Below are positions 24,544-34,174 of a stretch of 64,000 nt of DNA, in pieces. A program made the position numbers and the translations under genes. Numbering within the stretch: position 1 is the stretch's first letter; each line of letters opens with the position of its first letter. This DNA comes from Pocillopora verrucosa. Taxonomy: Eukaryota. The stretch spans positions 251,991-315,990 of the forward strand of contig NC_089312.1 in NCBI RefSeq assembly GCF_036669915.1, read 5' to 3'. Below the pieces are notes generated by a model. That model was given only the letters and a program-made list of their open reading frames with translations. It was not told where the DNA came from and did no database searches.

Positions 24544-24831
24544 CCTGCAAAGCAATTTCCAGGAAATAATGCACATATTTCCTGGTATAAGCCATTGGCT
24601 TGGTGTTATCCTCAAGACTTCTTCCACTAGACTGACAGTCTGTTGCTGAAATTGCATGAATCAAGTAGTATTCCATGAAGTGTACAGGTGTAGGTAAATC
24701 TAAGTTCCATGAGAAAAAATTCAGTAGCAGGAGTTCCATCTGATGAAATTCTGGTGCACTGAACAGGTTATGAACGTAGGCATTCAGTGTTGATATGGTT
24801 GGTATCTTGTCCTCATTTTCTTCAAACTTTG
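24544..24831 (-). CDS. CCNJ: cyclin J exon 2 (KFEENEDKIPTISTLNAYVHNLFSAPEFHQMELLLLNFFSWNLDLPTPVHFMEYYLIHAISATDCQSSGRSLEDNTKPMAYTRKYVHYFLEIALQ)
   Basis: The acceptor is tttttaacag| (minus) and the donor CAGG|gtaaga. There is near-collinear identity with human CCNJ SKFEEKEDSVPKLEQLN…[27 protein letters not shown]…KLYMAKYADYFLEVSLQ. Confidence 0.85.
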
Positions 24832-25510
24832 CTGTTAAAAATAAAAAAGAACGCATGGTCAAAACTTTAAAATACATCATTTTTCCGGGTGGAAAGCACT
24901 AGAAAACACCTCTACCAAAGTTAAATTGAGATTTTTGTTGGAATTTTCTGAATTCGTTTGGCTAAAATGGTCGAAGTGTTAAATCTTATCTGCTTCTTAT
25001 AGCAACTTAATGTCATTTTATTAAAAAGCGATAATAAGTTTGCCAATAAAATCTCTGCCAAAGAGAAAAAAAAAATAGATGCCTAAAAACATTTTGTAAT
25101 TCGGAGAAAAATTCCCCCAAGGGGAAAAACGAATACCTTATTGAACAATGTTAATTAGGTCGAAAGGCGCGCTTTGTTCGAAGGTTCAGAGGGTTCCGTT
25201 CGTAAGATCTTCACAGAAGTTGGTTTACATGGCATCAAAATGATTAATTAAATCTATGACTATATGACTCAAAGTTTTTCTTTTCTTATTGTGATCTATG
25301 AAGCAACAAAACAATTTCTCTCAGTAAGGTACGTAAGCTCAATAATTTTTTTTGGAAATCACGATCAACTTTATCAAACTTGGATATATTTACATATTAT
25401 AGCATCACAATACGACATGTAACAATTTATTTCCGATGACCGTTTCTTCTAAATGCTAGAAAGGAGTGCTGGAGTCTTACCTTAAGCAGGCACCTGGAGT
25501 ATAACACTTA

Positions 25511-25791
25511 CCTGCCAGCAGCAAACATGATAACGCAACAAGATAAAGTTTGCGTTCATCTATGTCAAATTTATCCATAAAGAGGTCCATATAATACACA
25601 GCTAAATGAAGCACACCATGAGAACTTTTAATCCTCTCGGAGAATACAGCAAGCCAATCAACAAGAAAACGCCTGAGTTTTAACTGAGGTGAAGATGAAG
25701 TAAAAGGTGGCAATCTGGTTTCTTTCTCTCGGAGAACGTCGTGTATTTCCAGAGCGAGCTGCGATTTCCACCATTCGTTTTCCACCATCAT
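25511..25791 (-). CDS. CCNJ: cyclin J exon 1 ([93 protein letters not shown])
   Basis: The ATG is at 25791 (minus) and the donor GCAG|gtaagt. It aligns with human CCNJ [54 protein letters not shown]…[32 protein letters not shown]. Confidence 0.9.
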
Positions 25792-26157
25792 CGTCTTGGA
25801 ATATGCTTTTAAGAGGCAGCAAAGAAGATCCTGATCACTGTATTTTATCTAAGTAGTTCTCCAGTGCTTAGCATTTCAATGTAAACTAAATTCCAAAACG
25901 GAACTCGAGTTCCAGCAATATACCTCTAGGGTAATGCAACGCGAAGTATCAATTTTGGACTTAAGCGGGAGTTCTATACAATGCCATATTTGGAACAAAC
26001 ACTCCAAATATGGAGTAACCGTGGCGGACCCCAGAGAAGACGACGAGAGACTGGAAATAACAACTTTCTATAAGATTTGCATAACATTCGTTTTCTCTGC
26101 TCAAGTCGGACGGGTTGTGGTGACCTCTCTCAATTACATCGATTCAAGAGGAGAATA
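25792..26157. promoter_or_regulatory. shared divergent promoter region between cyclin J (-) and MVP (+)
   Basis: The start codons lie 366 bp apart in head-to-head orientation; this is inferred from the gene models. Confidence 0.4.
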
Positions 26158-26211
26158 ATGAGTAATATTGTCCGGATTCAGCCTATGCAATATATTCATC
26201 TTCTAGATCTG
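26158..26211 (+). CDS. MVP: major vault protein exon 1 (MSNIVRIQPMQYIHLLDL)
   Basis: The ATG is at 26158 and the donor CTG|gtaggt. It matches the human MVP N-terminus M..EEFIIRIPPYHYIHVLDQ. Confidence 0.75.
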
Positions 26212-26847
26212 GTAGGTACATCGTAGTTATGCATTTGGATTATTTGCTCAATGACTCGCTCCTAACTGTTCTTCTATGGGGAGGAATTCATCAGGGAGTT
26301 TGTAAGTTCTAAAATGTTCAGCTGCTAATCGTCGATGATTCCAAATGGTTTTTATCTAAGTAGTGACATTTTAATTCTGTCAATCTCTCCGTTTTGCCAG
26401 TTGATGCAGCTATTAAGGGCAAAAGAGCACAATATTTCGACAAAAATCGAAATGTATGTTCTGAAATTTTGAAAAGTTTCAATTTCGCATAATTTTACGT
26501 AGCTTATCAGTTAAAGTTACCAATTCCACTTTTCCATGGGGATTTGAACGTTAAATGCTCCTAGATATTGAATGCATTAGCTCTACCAAATATCTTCTGA
26601 ACTAAGTATATTTTTCTTCGTATTGTTTTTAAAATGTTCTTCTTCTTCTTCTTTCTTCTCACCTGGGAAAGTGAAACAGTTTTCGTGACGTCAATAGTGT
26701 TGCACGTCACACCTGGGGGTGTAACCCTGCTGAAGTTGATAACAACAAGTGAACCGAGAATGAAATCAAACTAAGACAGATATGAAAGTAACTAGTTACA
26801 TAGTCAGTTGGCTTTCTTCATCCTATGAGTCCTTTTGCTATTTTTAG

Positions 26848-26981
26848 AACACTAATGTGACTGTACTGGAAGTGGGTCCAAAGAGTTTGATTCTACAGGA
26901 TAATCACCAATTAGTGGCTGGTCCTTTGCCATTTGTTGTCATTCCACCAGGTCATTACTGTGTCATACAAAACCCAGTCAA
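26848..26981 (+). CDS. MVP: MVP exon 2 (NTNVTVLEVGPKSLILQDNHQLVAGPLPFVVIPPGHYCVIQNPV)
   Basis: The acceptor is tatttttag| and the donor AA|gtgagt. It matches human [44 protein letters not shown]. Confidence 0.9.
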
Positions 26982-27080
26982 GTGAGTCCTAAAAAAAATA
27001 TTTTTGTGTTATTTCTACAGTTATCTCCCAGAATATTTGTGATCTCAAACCATAACTGCATTTTCTCTTGCACATTTTAG

Positions 27081-27147
27081 ACAGCCTTGTGAACCAGGAA
27101 AACAGTGTGACTTGAACCATGGGCACAGAGAAATGAGATTTTTCAAG
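27081..27147 (+). CDS. MVP: MVP exon 3 (KQPCEPGKQCDLNHGHREMRFFK)
   Basis: The acceptor is cacattttag| and the donor AAG|gtttaa; it is phase-consistent (2+67). Confidence 0.7.
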
Positions 27148-27258
27148 GTTTAAATAGTTTCTGTTACAAATGATGACTCTTCATATTTTTCTTTATGATT
27201 TAATGCATTTGGGTATCAAAGAAGCCTGTAATTTTACTTTGTGGTTTTTATCGTTTAG

Positions 27259-27313
27259 GAACCATTCCCTCTTTATCCTGGTGAAGCCATTGAAGGAGCA
27301 AGAAAAATGTCTG
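27259..27313 (+). CDS. MVP: MVP exon 4 (EPFPLYPGEAIEGARKMS)
   Basis: The acceptor is tcgtttag| and the donor TG|gtaggt. It matches human DPFPLYPGEVLEKDIT. Confidence 0.85.
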
Positions 27314-27490
27314 GTAGGTGTCCAGTTTGTTGATTTAGATTCATATTAATGTGTATGTTAAATTACATTATGGACAGTACTTTGTGATATCTTTGGAGTA
27401 CAATTGTACAGAGGTGCTAGGACAGGTGATTCCTCTGAGGCAAACAATCCTTGATTAAAAATTAGTTACCTTTTCTAATTTGATTGCACA

Positions 27491-27648
27491 GGTGGTAAGT
27501 CTGGAATCAAGGCTCTCCCAGTTATTGGACCCAATGAAGGTCTTCAGTTAAAAGCCATTGTAGATCATATAGATGGTGAAGAGGAGCGAAAGGCAGGAGA
27601 TATGTGGCAGCTGGAGGGACCTCTGACTTACAGACCAACACCATATGC
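27491..27648 (+). CDS. MVP: MVP exon 5 (GGKSGIKALPVIGPNEGLQLKAIVDHIDGEEERKAGDMWQLEGPLTYRPTPYA)
   Basis: The acceptor is gattgcacag| and the donor GCA|gtacgt. It matches human …[35 protein letters not shown]. Confidence 0.85.
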
Positions 27649-27771
27649 AGTACGTTAATATTAAATGAAACAACTTATTTCTAAGGAATTTATTTTAACC
27701 TTTATCTATGAAAACAGCTTTGTTATGGGTGACTTTCCTTCAGTCTATTTAACGTCAGAAACGGCTGTAAT

Positions 27772-27863
27772 TTCCTGCAGAAAATTGAAAAAAGAGTAAG
27801 ACCTTGTATCATCAAACATGGAGAAGCCTTGCGGCTGAAGGCCAGTCAGGGATTAGTGGATAA
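27772..27863 (+). CDS. MVP: MVP exon 6 (KIEKRVRPCIIKHGEALRLKASQGLVDKTG)
   Basis: The acceptor is atttcctgcag| and the donor AA|gtgagt. Confidence 0.8.
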
Positions 27864-28616
27864 GACAGGAAAGTGAGTTAAATGAATTAATTCAGAGTAA
27901 ACAAAGCAAACCTTGGTTACTATTTTTATATAGTTAGTAACTGTAGAACTCAGGTAAACATAAACAAGAGAAATTTTCTCGAGGAAAAACCAATTTGGTA
28001 TCAGGAAACTGAACTGGAATAGCTATGGTAGTAAGTTGTGGTTTTGAGATTTGCTTGCTTGTACTTAAATGCATTATGATTGTCAGTATAGAATTGACCT
28101 GTGAGAATTTAATCAAATTGTTCATTGGTTTTTAGTTTGATGGAGGGAATAAAATTTACCTTAGTATTAAAAACTATTCACTAAAGTGGAGGTGTATATT
28201 TACCAGGCTGCTAAGCATCAAGATAAATATCCACTGTTAGCCACTAATGTTAATTGTTGTTTTGGTGTATACTGAAACATTGAGATAATAAAGCACAACT
28301 AGATGATTTTACCTGATTTATTCCTGCAATGGTTACAAAATTTTCAGATGCAAATCTCGTGCAAGTTGCTTTGAGGTGGATGACAAAGGATATTTGCAGT
28401 TTGAGTCCCCAATCAGAGCATGCCTTCAATGCTATCCATTGTTTTACTGCATGTATACCAAAATCACATATATTATCCATTTACTTACCAAAAGTAATTT
28501 TATTTGCTGTATATTAGTCAAGTTTTATATGATAATAGCAATTCCTTCTATGATGTAATAATTTGATCATTCTTGGATATGAGTTTTAACTTCATTTAAC
28601 TTCATTTCCTTTGTAG

Positions 28617-28686
28617 GAATCGTGTTACATCTGAGCAATGGTTAATAAGAGATCTTGGAGCTTATTTGCCTGGGGCCTATGAGGAG
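28617..28686 (+). CDS. MVP: MVP exon 7 (KNRVTSEQWLIRDLGAYLPGAYEE)
   Basis: The acceptor is tcctttgtag| and the donor GAG|gtaagt. It matches human [23 protein letters not shown]. Confidence 0.85.
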
Positions 28687-29309
28687 GTAAGTAGCCAACA
28701 AACCTTTGTCTAGTAAGAGTAACTGGACACCAGATTAGGACCATAGCTATGATGCAATTTGTGCATCATCATCATTTTTGATAGATACTCTAACTAATTG
28801 GCATAGGTATAATCTAAAAAAAATAATATTTATATTACTGCCCCTGTTAGCCTGTACACCAGAAAAATATTTCCTTTGTCATTTAGTGACCAATGTTTAA
28901 ACTATGTAGAAAGTCAGTAAACACAAAGTGAGACACATAACCTCCCACAAGTTTTCCAAACCTTTTTGTAAACCTTTTTGCAATCTTAACAGGTGGGTGT
29001 TAAGTGTGTCTTTACTCTATTTCCACAACCAAATTGAAGGCAGTTTTTTTCTGAAAAAAGTCCATCACTATATTGTGTTGCTAAGGGCAATCCATATGAA
29101 ACGAGTGAGACTTAATATTTTGCAGTAAACAAATTTTTCTCTCCTATGCAAGCAATAGTGAGCACACTAAAACATGGAGGGTAGGGATATTGGGGGCTCT
29201 TTGCCCCCAAAACTTCATTAAATGGGCTGATGTAGCCCTCCTTTCCTCTCCTGCCCTGCTGCCATCATTTACGTTTCTGTCAGTGATGACTTATTCCATT
29301 CTTCTTCAG

Positions 29310-29404
29310 GTGGTGGGTGTAGAGAAAGCTCACACTCTGACAGAGACAATAGCCTTGCACATGAGAGCAAAACAGACGTGCATTGATGCACTTGGGAAAA
29401 AGAG
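29310..29404 (+). CDS. MVP: MVP exon 8 (VVGVEKAHTLTETIALHMRAKQTCIDALGKK)
   Basis: The acceptor is cttcttcag| and the donor AG|gttggg. Confidence 0.8.
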
Positions 29405-29630
29405 GTTGGGAATTATATTTTATCAGACAAGTGTAAAATTAAGGTGATGTGTTGAATAGCTGTAAAGATATCAGACTTGGTTTCACTCAATGAATTATGG
29501 CTCATTTTAATAACTGTAGTCATTCTGTAATAATCATTTAGTTGCTTTTTGCAAAAGTGCAAGTTTGCATTGATCTTTAGATTATTAATCAGACTGTCTA
29601 AAAACCAAATGTGAGAAATATGTTTGTTAG

Positions 29631-29697
29631 AAATGCAGGAGAGGAGTGGCTTGTCACCTCTGAGGACACAGAGATGTATATACCTGAAGTGTTTGAG
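29631..29697 (+). CDS. MVP: MVP exon 9 (RNAGEEWLVTSEDTEMYIPEVFE)
   Basis: The acceptor is tgtttgttag| and the donor GAG|gtaaag. It matches human [23 protein letters not shown]. Confidence 0.85.
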
Positions 29698-29828
29698 GTA
29701 AAGTAAACAACTGAGTAGTATGAGAGCTATGTTATAATTGTTAATTCTTCTTTATCAAAACTGAAGACCAATTAAGTACAACAGCACATTCAAGGAAACT
29801 CCTTTAATGTGTTGTTTGAAATTAACAG

Positions 29829-29970
29829 GAAGTTGTTGCTGAAGTGACTCAGACAGTTTTGTCTCGTAAAGAATACTGTATTGTTATGGACCCTGTTGAT
29901 AGCAAAGGCCGTAACCAGCTGGGCAAGAAAGAACTTCGCAAAGGAGTGGCCTCTTTTTTCTTACATCCAG
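29829..29970 (+). CDS. MVP: MVP exon 10 (EVVAEVTQTVLSRKEYCIVMDPVDSKGRNQLGKKELRKGVASFFLHP)
   Basis: The acceptor is attaacag| and the donor CCAG|gtaatt. It matches human …[33 protein letters not shown]. Confidence 0.9.
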
Positions 29971-30225
29971 GTAATTCTTAAGATTAAAAAGCAAACATTC
30001 GAAATTGGTGAAGCAACCATTTGATGGTATTATCTATCACCATTCTATCAATCACTGTTGATTGGTGAAGAAGGAAAGGAGCTCTGATTGAGTTAGGAAG
30101 GGCAATGCATGCTGTGATCATTTTACAGGGGCAACAAACACTAAAAGGAATGTCATATATTAAGTGACAATTCATTGGGGGATTGTTTAAATAACACATT
30201 CTTGTATAAATTTTGTGATTGCCAG

Positions 30226-30327
30226 GAGAAGATTTGGATGGTGGAATATTGAATTCTTATATCCTGGAGGCAGATGAAGCCTTGGTATTGTCAGCAGTGG
30301 ATCATTTTGATGAAGAATATGCAAAGA
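30226..30327 (+). CDS. MVP: MVP exon 11 (GEDLDGGILNSYILEADEALVLSAVDHFDEEYAK)
   Basis: The acceptor is gattgccag| and the donor A|gtgagt (phase 1). Confidence 0.8.
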
Positions 30328-30589
30328 GTGAGTGATTGCTACAAATGACATATAGTTAAAGATTTATGCATGGATAATAACTTTTCTTTGAAGCATCCCT
30401 TAACTCTCAAGGGAACTCTGGAGAGTTCAAGAAAAAAAACAGTCCAAAATCACCCTGGGAAAGGACTATAGAGAGAACAACTCAGGACTCTAGACCCAGC
30501 TGGAAGCAGGCATTGTGGCTTTAAGAAGATTTAAAGGAAAGAAGCTAGTCAATGTCCTGTGCACCACTTGATGGGGAGAGGACTGATGA

Positions 30590-30650
30590 CAATGATGATG
30601 ATGATGATGATGATAACCCTTTTCAAATCATGATGATGATAACCCCTTTC
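30590..30650. repeat. (ATG/GAT)n microsatellite (~8 units) followed by a duplicated ~22-bp unit (gatgataaccc[t/c]tttcaaa[t/c]cat) in MVP intron 11
   Basis: Read directly: …gatgatgatgatgatgatgatgataacccttttcaaatcatgatgatgataacccctttcaaaccat…. Confidence 0.8.
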
Positions 30651-30739
30651 AAACCATCTGGAAGTTGTTCATTGTATGTTTTCTAAAAATCCCCATATAA
30701 TGACTGTACTGTGTTGATTTGTGATATTTATCCTTTCAG

Positions 30740-30830
30740 AGAAGTATCATCGTTCTCCAGGGGACCGCTGGATGATATTTGGTCCAGTTGAATACATTCC
30801 ACCAATAGAAGTTGCTGTTAAAGCAAGAAG
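30740..30830 (+). CDS. MVP: MVP exon 12 ([30 protein letters not shown])
   Basis: The acceptor is tcctttcag| and the weak donor AG|gtctgg. The read-through frame (ORF 30721-30915) runs into a minisatellite and stops. The spliced junction to exon 13 reproduces the human order …[34 protein letters not shown]. Confidence 0.75.
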
Positions 30831-30877
30831 GTCTGGAGAGCTGTTTTTAATAAGTGTTGATGGCATTTTTTTCTTGA

Positions 30878-30950
30878 GTTGGGATGGTTTGAGACGTGAC
30901 ATTGGGATGGTTTGAGACGTAACATTGGGATGGTTTAAGACATGGTAGTT
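30878..30950. repeat. minisatellite: three tandem copies of a ~23-bp unit GGGATGGTTTGAGACGTGACATT in MVP intron 12
   Basis: Read directly: gggatggtttgagacgtgacatt / gggatggtttgagacgtaacatt / gggatggtttaagacatggtag. Confidence 0.8.
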
Positions 30951-31408
30951 TGCTGGTTTGCAAGTTGAACTGTTGGGCTACCCAAACAGTCCATTTGGCT
31001 GTGATGGTTAGATCATCTGTTGTCCATGATACTGACTGTCTTCTCAAAAGTCTGAGTAGAAGTTCTAGCACCAGCTTCACTTTACCTGATTACATCCACT
31101 CAGTTTGTCAAAATGTCACTTGCCCCTGTTTCCAGCAACTTTTCATATCATGACTACTTTCACAGGATAATCAGACCACATGATCAACTGTTACTGGTTC
31201 AAACCATGTATATTGATTTGTGACTATTGTAAATGAATTATATGGGCAATCAGGAAAAAAGTAATAGAGGACAGACCACTACCAGTACCTGTAATAGTTT
31301 ATGATCTTAAGTAAGCAGGGAAGCAGTGATCACAAAATACTTTTATTTTTATCTTTCCAAGATGTTTAATTAACATTCTGACTTAATCTGTATTATTTAT
31401 TTCAATAG

Positions 31409-31469
31409 GAAGGCTGTCCCTCTTTGTGAAAATGAAGGGATTTATGTTAGGGACACACAGAGTGGTGCA
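31409..31469 (+). CDS. MVP: MVP exon 13 (RKAVPLCENEGIYVRDTQSGA)
   Basis: The acceptor is tttcaatag| and the donor GCA|gtgagt. It matches human [19 protein letters not shown]. Confidence 0.85.
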
Positions 31470-31549
31470 GTGAGTAGTTGCCTTTGGTTTAATTAATTAT
31501 TGATAATTATTAAGTTCTCACAGTGTTCATCTTTGTTATTTTGTCTCAG

Positions 31550-31644
31550 GTACGTGCTGTTATGGGACCACAAGCATATCTACTGGGGGCCTATGAGGAA
31601 TTATGGGAAAAGGACCTCACTGATGATGTGGAAAATATTCTTAA
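31550..31644 (+). CDS. MVP: MVP exon 14 (VRAVMGPQAYLLGAYEELWEKDLTDDVENIL)
   Basis: The acceptor is ttgtctcag| and the donor AA|gtttgt. It matches human [30 protein letters not shown]. Confidence 0.9.
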
Positions 31645-31837
31645 GTTTGTCTTCCGTAGTATTGGTTTTCTATATTTTTTTATTGCTGCGAAAATGCATT
31701 TGCCTTGGTTAGTTTGCCTTCTTTAATTTTTTCTGTGTCTATCAGATGAACTGGCAAACTGATTGTGTTTGAAATGATAAAGGGTATTTGTACAGTAATA
31801 TTTTAGAAACTGACATTTTCATTCATCTAATGTTCAG

Positions 31838-31922
31838 GAATGGTGGAGGCATTGGCTCTGGTGACATTCGGAAAATGGCATACTTTGAATCTTCTATTAA
31901 TCCCTCATTCACAAGAGCTGAG
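31838..31922 (+). CDS. MVP: MVP exon 15 (KNGGGIGSGDIRKMAYFESSINPSFTRAE)
   Basis: The acceptor is aatgttcag| and the donor GAG|gtgtgt. Confidence 0.8.
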
Positions 31923-32104
31923 GTGTGTGCCAAGTTATTTGCTTGCAACCCATGAAAGCAAAGACCAAAGGAATCATTTTTTTACTTTCGGAAAGAATTG
32001 AATTGTAAAAAAAAAACTTCGAACAAGGAATGAAAATTAATGATGGAATAAAAAAGCTATTGATATTATATATTTTAACTGTAATATGTATGTTCTCCAT
32101 TCAG

Positions 32105-32161
32105 GGAAGAGATAAGACTCAAGTTATTGTTTACCGCTGCCCAGGATATACTGCTGTTCAG
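32105..32161 (+). CDS. MVP: MVP exon 16 (GRDKTQVIVYRCPGYTAVQ)
   Basis: The acceptor is ctccattcag| and the donor CAG|gtaatt. It matches human KTRVVSYRVPHNAAVQ. Confidence 0.85.
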
Positions 32162-32278
32162 GTAATTCACCTTTTGGTATCCATGAAAACATATTTACAA
32201 CATTTCATAAGCCCTTAAGTTTCCTTATACATGAAGAGAAATGCAATGAGAGCAATATTTTTAATGTGCTTTTCTCAG

Positions 32279-32329
32279 GTGTACGACTATTTAAGGAAAA
32301 CTGCAAGAGTCATCTTTGGACCAGACCTG
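32279..32329 (+). CDS. MVP: MVP exon 17 (VYDYLRKTARVIFGPDL)
   Basis: The acceptor is tttctcag| and the donor CTG|gtatgt. It matches human VYDYREKRARVVFGPEL. Confidence 0.9.
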
Positions 32330-32502
32330 GTATGTAGAAAAGTGAATGATTTTCATCATAATTTATTGTTACATTATGACTAAGATGATATGGAAAATGA
32401 CTGATAGGAGGTCCCAACCACTTTGATTCATCAGCAGTCTAATTACTAGCAATCACTCACTTGTTTATCCAGCACCTTTCTGGCTGGTAACATGGAATTT
32501 AA

Positions 32503-32818
32503 CCCTCTGACCCCAAAGAGTGATCAGCATCTAGTTTCTCCTTACAATATCAGCTAGGAACCAAACAGTCTCTGCGGCTCAGTGGTAGAGCATCAGAGTG
32601 CAGAATCCAAAGGTCTGAGGTTCGATTCCTCATGAGGACTCAGAATTTTGTCTTTGTCCCACGCTCATGACAAGACAAAAAAACCATCTTTCTCCACACA
32701 TTAAGGTCATGAGAATAAATGAGATCACCAACTAAAACAAATTCTCCTTGCCAGCACCTCAGAAAATGTAGACAGAACAGAAAAGAAAATATGCATACTG
32801 ATTTTAGGGTGGAAAGGG
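32503..32818. mobile_element. piggyBac-like MITE copy (TTAA|CCCTCTGACCCCAAAGAGTGATCAGCATCTAGTTTCTCCTTACAATATCA … GGGTGGAAAGGG|TTAT) in MVP intron 17, carrying a nested tRNA-derived fragment
   Basis: It has CCC..GGG termini and a TTAA/TTAT flank. The internal blocks (ATTAAGGTCA(C/T)GAGAATAAATGA(A/G)ATCACCAACTAAA, AATTCTCCTTG(T/C)CAGCAC, ATATGCATACTGAT) are shared with the copies at 34319, 56450 and 58327. An extra ~135-bp insert at 32565-32700 is absent from the other copies. Confidence 0.6.
32570..32641 (+). repeat. tRNA-derived fragment (pseudo-tRNA / SINE head) nested inside the MITE: D-arm GCTCAGTGGTAGAGC, T-arm GGTTCGATTCC
   Basis: The D- and T-arms are canonical. The acceptor stem does not pair (5' CTCTGCG vs 3' TGAGGAC) and the anticodon loop would be 16 nt, so this is not a functional tRNA gene. 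Confidence 0.5.
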
Positions 32819-32862
32819 TTATTGAAAGCCTCTTGTTCATTTTTGTGCTTTTTGTATTTCAG

Positions 32863-32908
32863 GTTGTACTTGGACCACATGAGAACTTCAATGTGCTTAG
32901 CTTGAGTG
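32863..32908 (+). CDS. MVP: MVP exon 18 (VVLGPHENFNVLSLS)
   Basis: The acceptor is tttgtatttcag| and the donor GTG|gtgagt. It matches human VSLGPEEQFTVLSLS. Confidence 0.85.
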
Positions 32909-33043
32909 GTGAGTGAACTTTCTATTCCTTTTCTTTCACTTCAAAAACCTCTACCACAACAAAACACATAGTATTTCTGTGTATTACACAAAATAATTTT
33001 CCTTCATGAGTAATCTTATCAACCTGTTGACTTAAATTACCAG

Positions 33044-33123
33044 CTGGGAAACCTAAGAAGCCAAACGCCTTGAAAACCATCTGTCTGATGCTGGGAACGG
33101 ATTTTATAACAGATATTATAGAG
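33044..33123 (+). CDS. MVP: MVP exon 19 (AGKPKKPNALKTICLMLGTDFITDIIE)
   Basis: The acceptor is ttaaattaccag| and the donor GAG|gtaggc. It matches human [29 protein letters not shown]. Confidence 0.9.
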
Positions 33124-33338
33124 GTAGGCAGTTAGTGTCTGTGTATCACTTGGTCTGCTACGTTTTCCCGCACTTCAGGTAATGTGCCTTTTTCCACTTT
33201 CTCATTGGCTACTGATAATATATCTTTTTTCTGATTGGTCGTCGGGATTACTTTGGGTTTGGTTCTTCGTCACTCAATTGAAAAATGCTCTATTTCACTT
33301 CATTTCCACTTGTTAATACTCATTTATTTTTATTGCAG

Positions 33339-33398
33339 GTGGAAACATCTGACCATGCTAGGCTTAAGATCAGAATTGCAATGAACAACTTCTTTGAG
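33339..33398 (+). CDS. MVP: MVP exon 20 (VETSDHARLKIRIAMNNFFE)
   Basis: The acceptor is tttattgcag| and the donor GAG|gtaatt. It matches human TADHARLQLQLAYNWHFE. Confidence 0.9.
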
Positions 33399-33498
33399 GT
33401 AATTTGGTTTTTGAATTCTCTTAAGACGTTCAGTTACTTGTGAGCCAATCATCTTTCAGAATCTGGGAGAAGGCTAACTTGGTTTGGTGTACTTTCAG

Positions 33499-33577
33499 GT
33501 CGAGAGAGGGAATAATGAGTCAGAACAGGCAATTTTTTCTGTCCCAGATTATATTGGAAATGCTTGCAAGAGTGTTG
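33499..33577 (+). CDS. MVP: MVP exon 21 (VERGNNESEQAIFSVPDYIGNACKSV)
   Basis: The acceptor is tactttcag| and the donor TTG|gtaaga. It matches human [27 protein letters not shown]. Confidence 0.9.
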
Positions 33578-33776
33578 GTAAGATACAGTATTACTCTGAT
33601 TCAAAAAAGATAAACCTAGCATTTCTTTAAAGGGCTTTTCCAATTGGTTAAGAACTAAAACTCTTCTATAGATAAGTCTCCCGCTCTTTCCCCACCCCCT
33701 CCGCCCACCATTTATTAAGCATAAAAATGGAAGGTATGTGTGTTAAAAGAAACTTGCGTTCTTTCTCCATATTTAG

Positions 33777-33919
33777 CCAGTAGAATCCGCGGAAAAGTAG
33801 CACAAGTAGCGTTTGATGAATTTCATCGCCATTCCACATCTCTCATTAAGAAGGCCGTGTTCGGAGTCGAGAAAGATGGAACAATCAAACAACGCCTTCG
33901 ATTTGACGCTAATCAACTG
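33777..33919 (+). CDS. MVP: MVP exon 22 (ASRIRGKVAQVAFDEFHRHSTSLIKKAVFGVEKDGTIKQRLRFDANQL)
   Basis: The acceptor is catatttag| and the donor CTG|gtaagg. It matches human [32 protein letters not shown]…. Confidence 0.9.
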
Positions 33920-34174
33920 GTAAGGGAATGAAAAGCATTCTTTGTCGTCAGTTGAAGTCGATTTCTTCTAAAATAATCTTATCGGGACTTTTTGAATCCT
34001 GTTAAGTTGTATCAAGACACATGAACGCTTTTGGCACAGAATTCCTTGTAAAATTGCTTGAAAAGAAGACATTTGACCTAAAAAAGGCAAAGTCTAGTTC
34101 TAGCTTGTTTTAATACGTGAGGTCAAGTTACGAATGGAAAATTAGGAGTTGTTTTCCTTTTTTTTAATCACCAG

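Noticed and set aside
32570-32641. Possible bona fide tRNA gene (D-arm and T-arm are perfect).
   Set aside because: The acceptor stem cannot pair, the anticodon loop would be 16 nt, and it lies inside a MITE copy, so it is a tRNA-derived repeat fragment.
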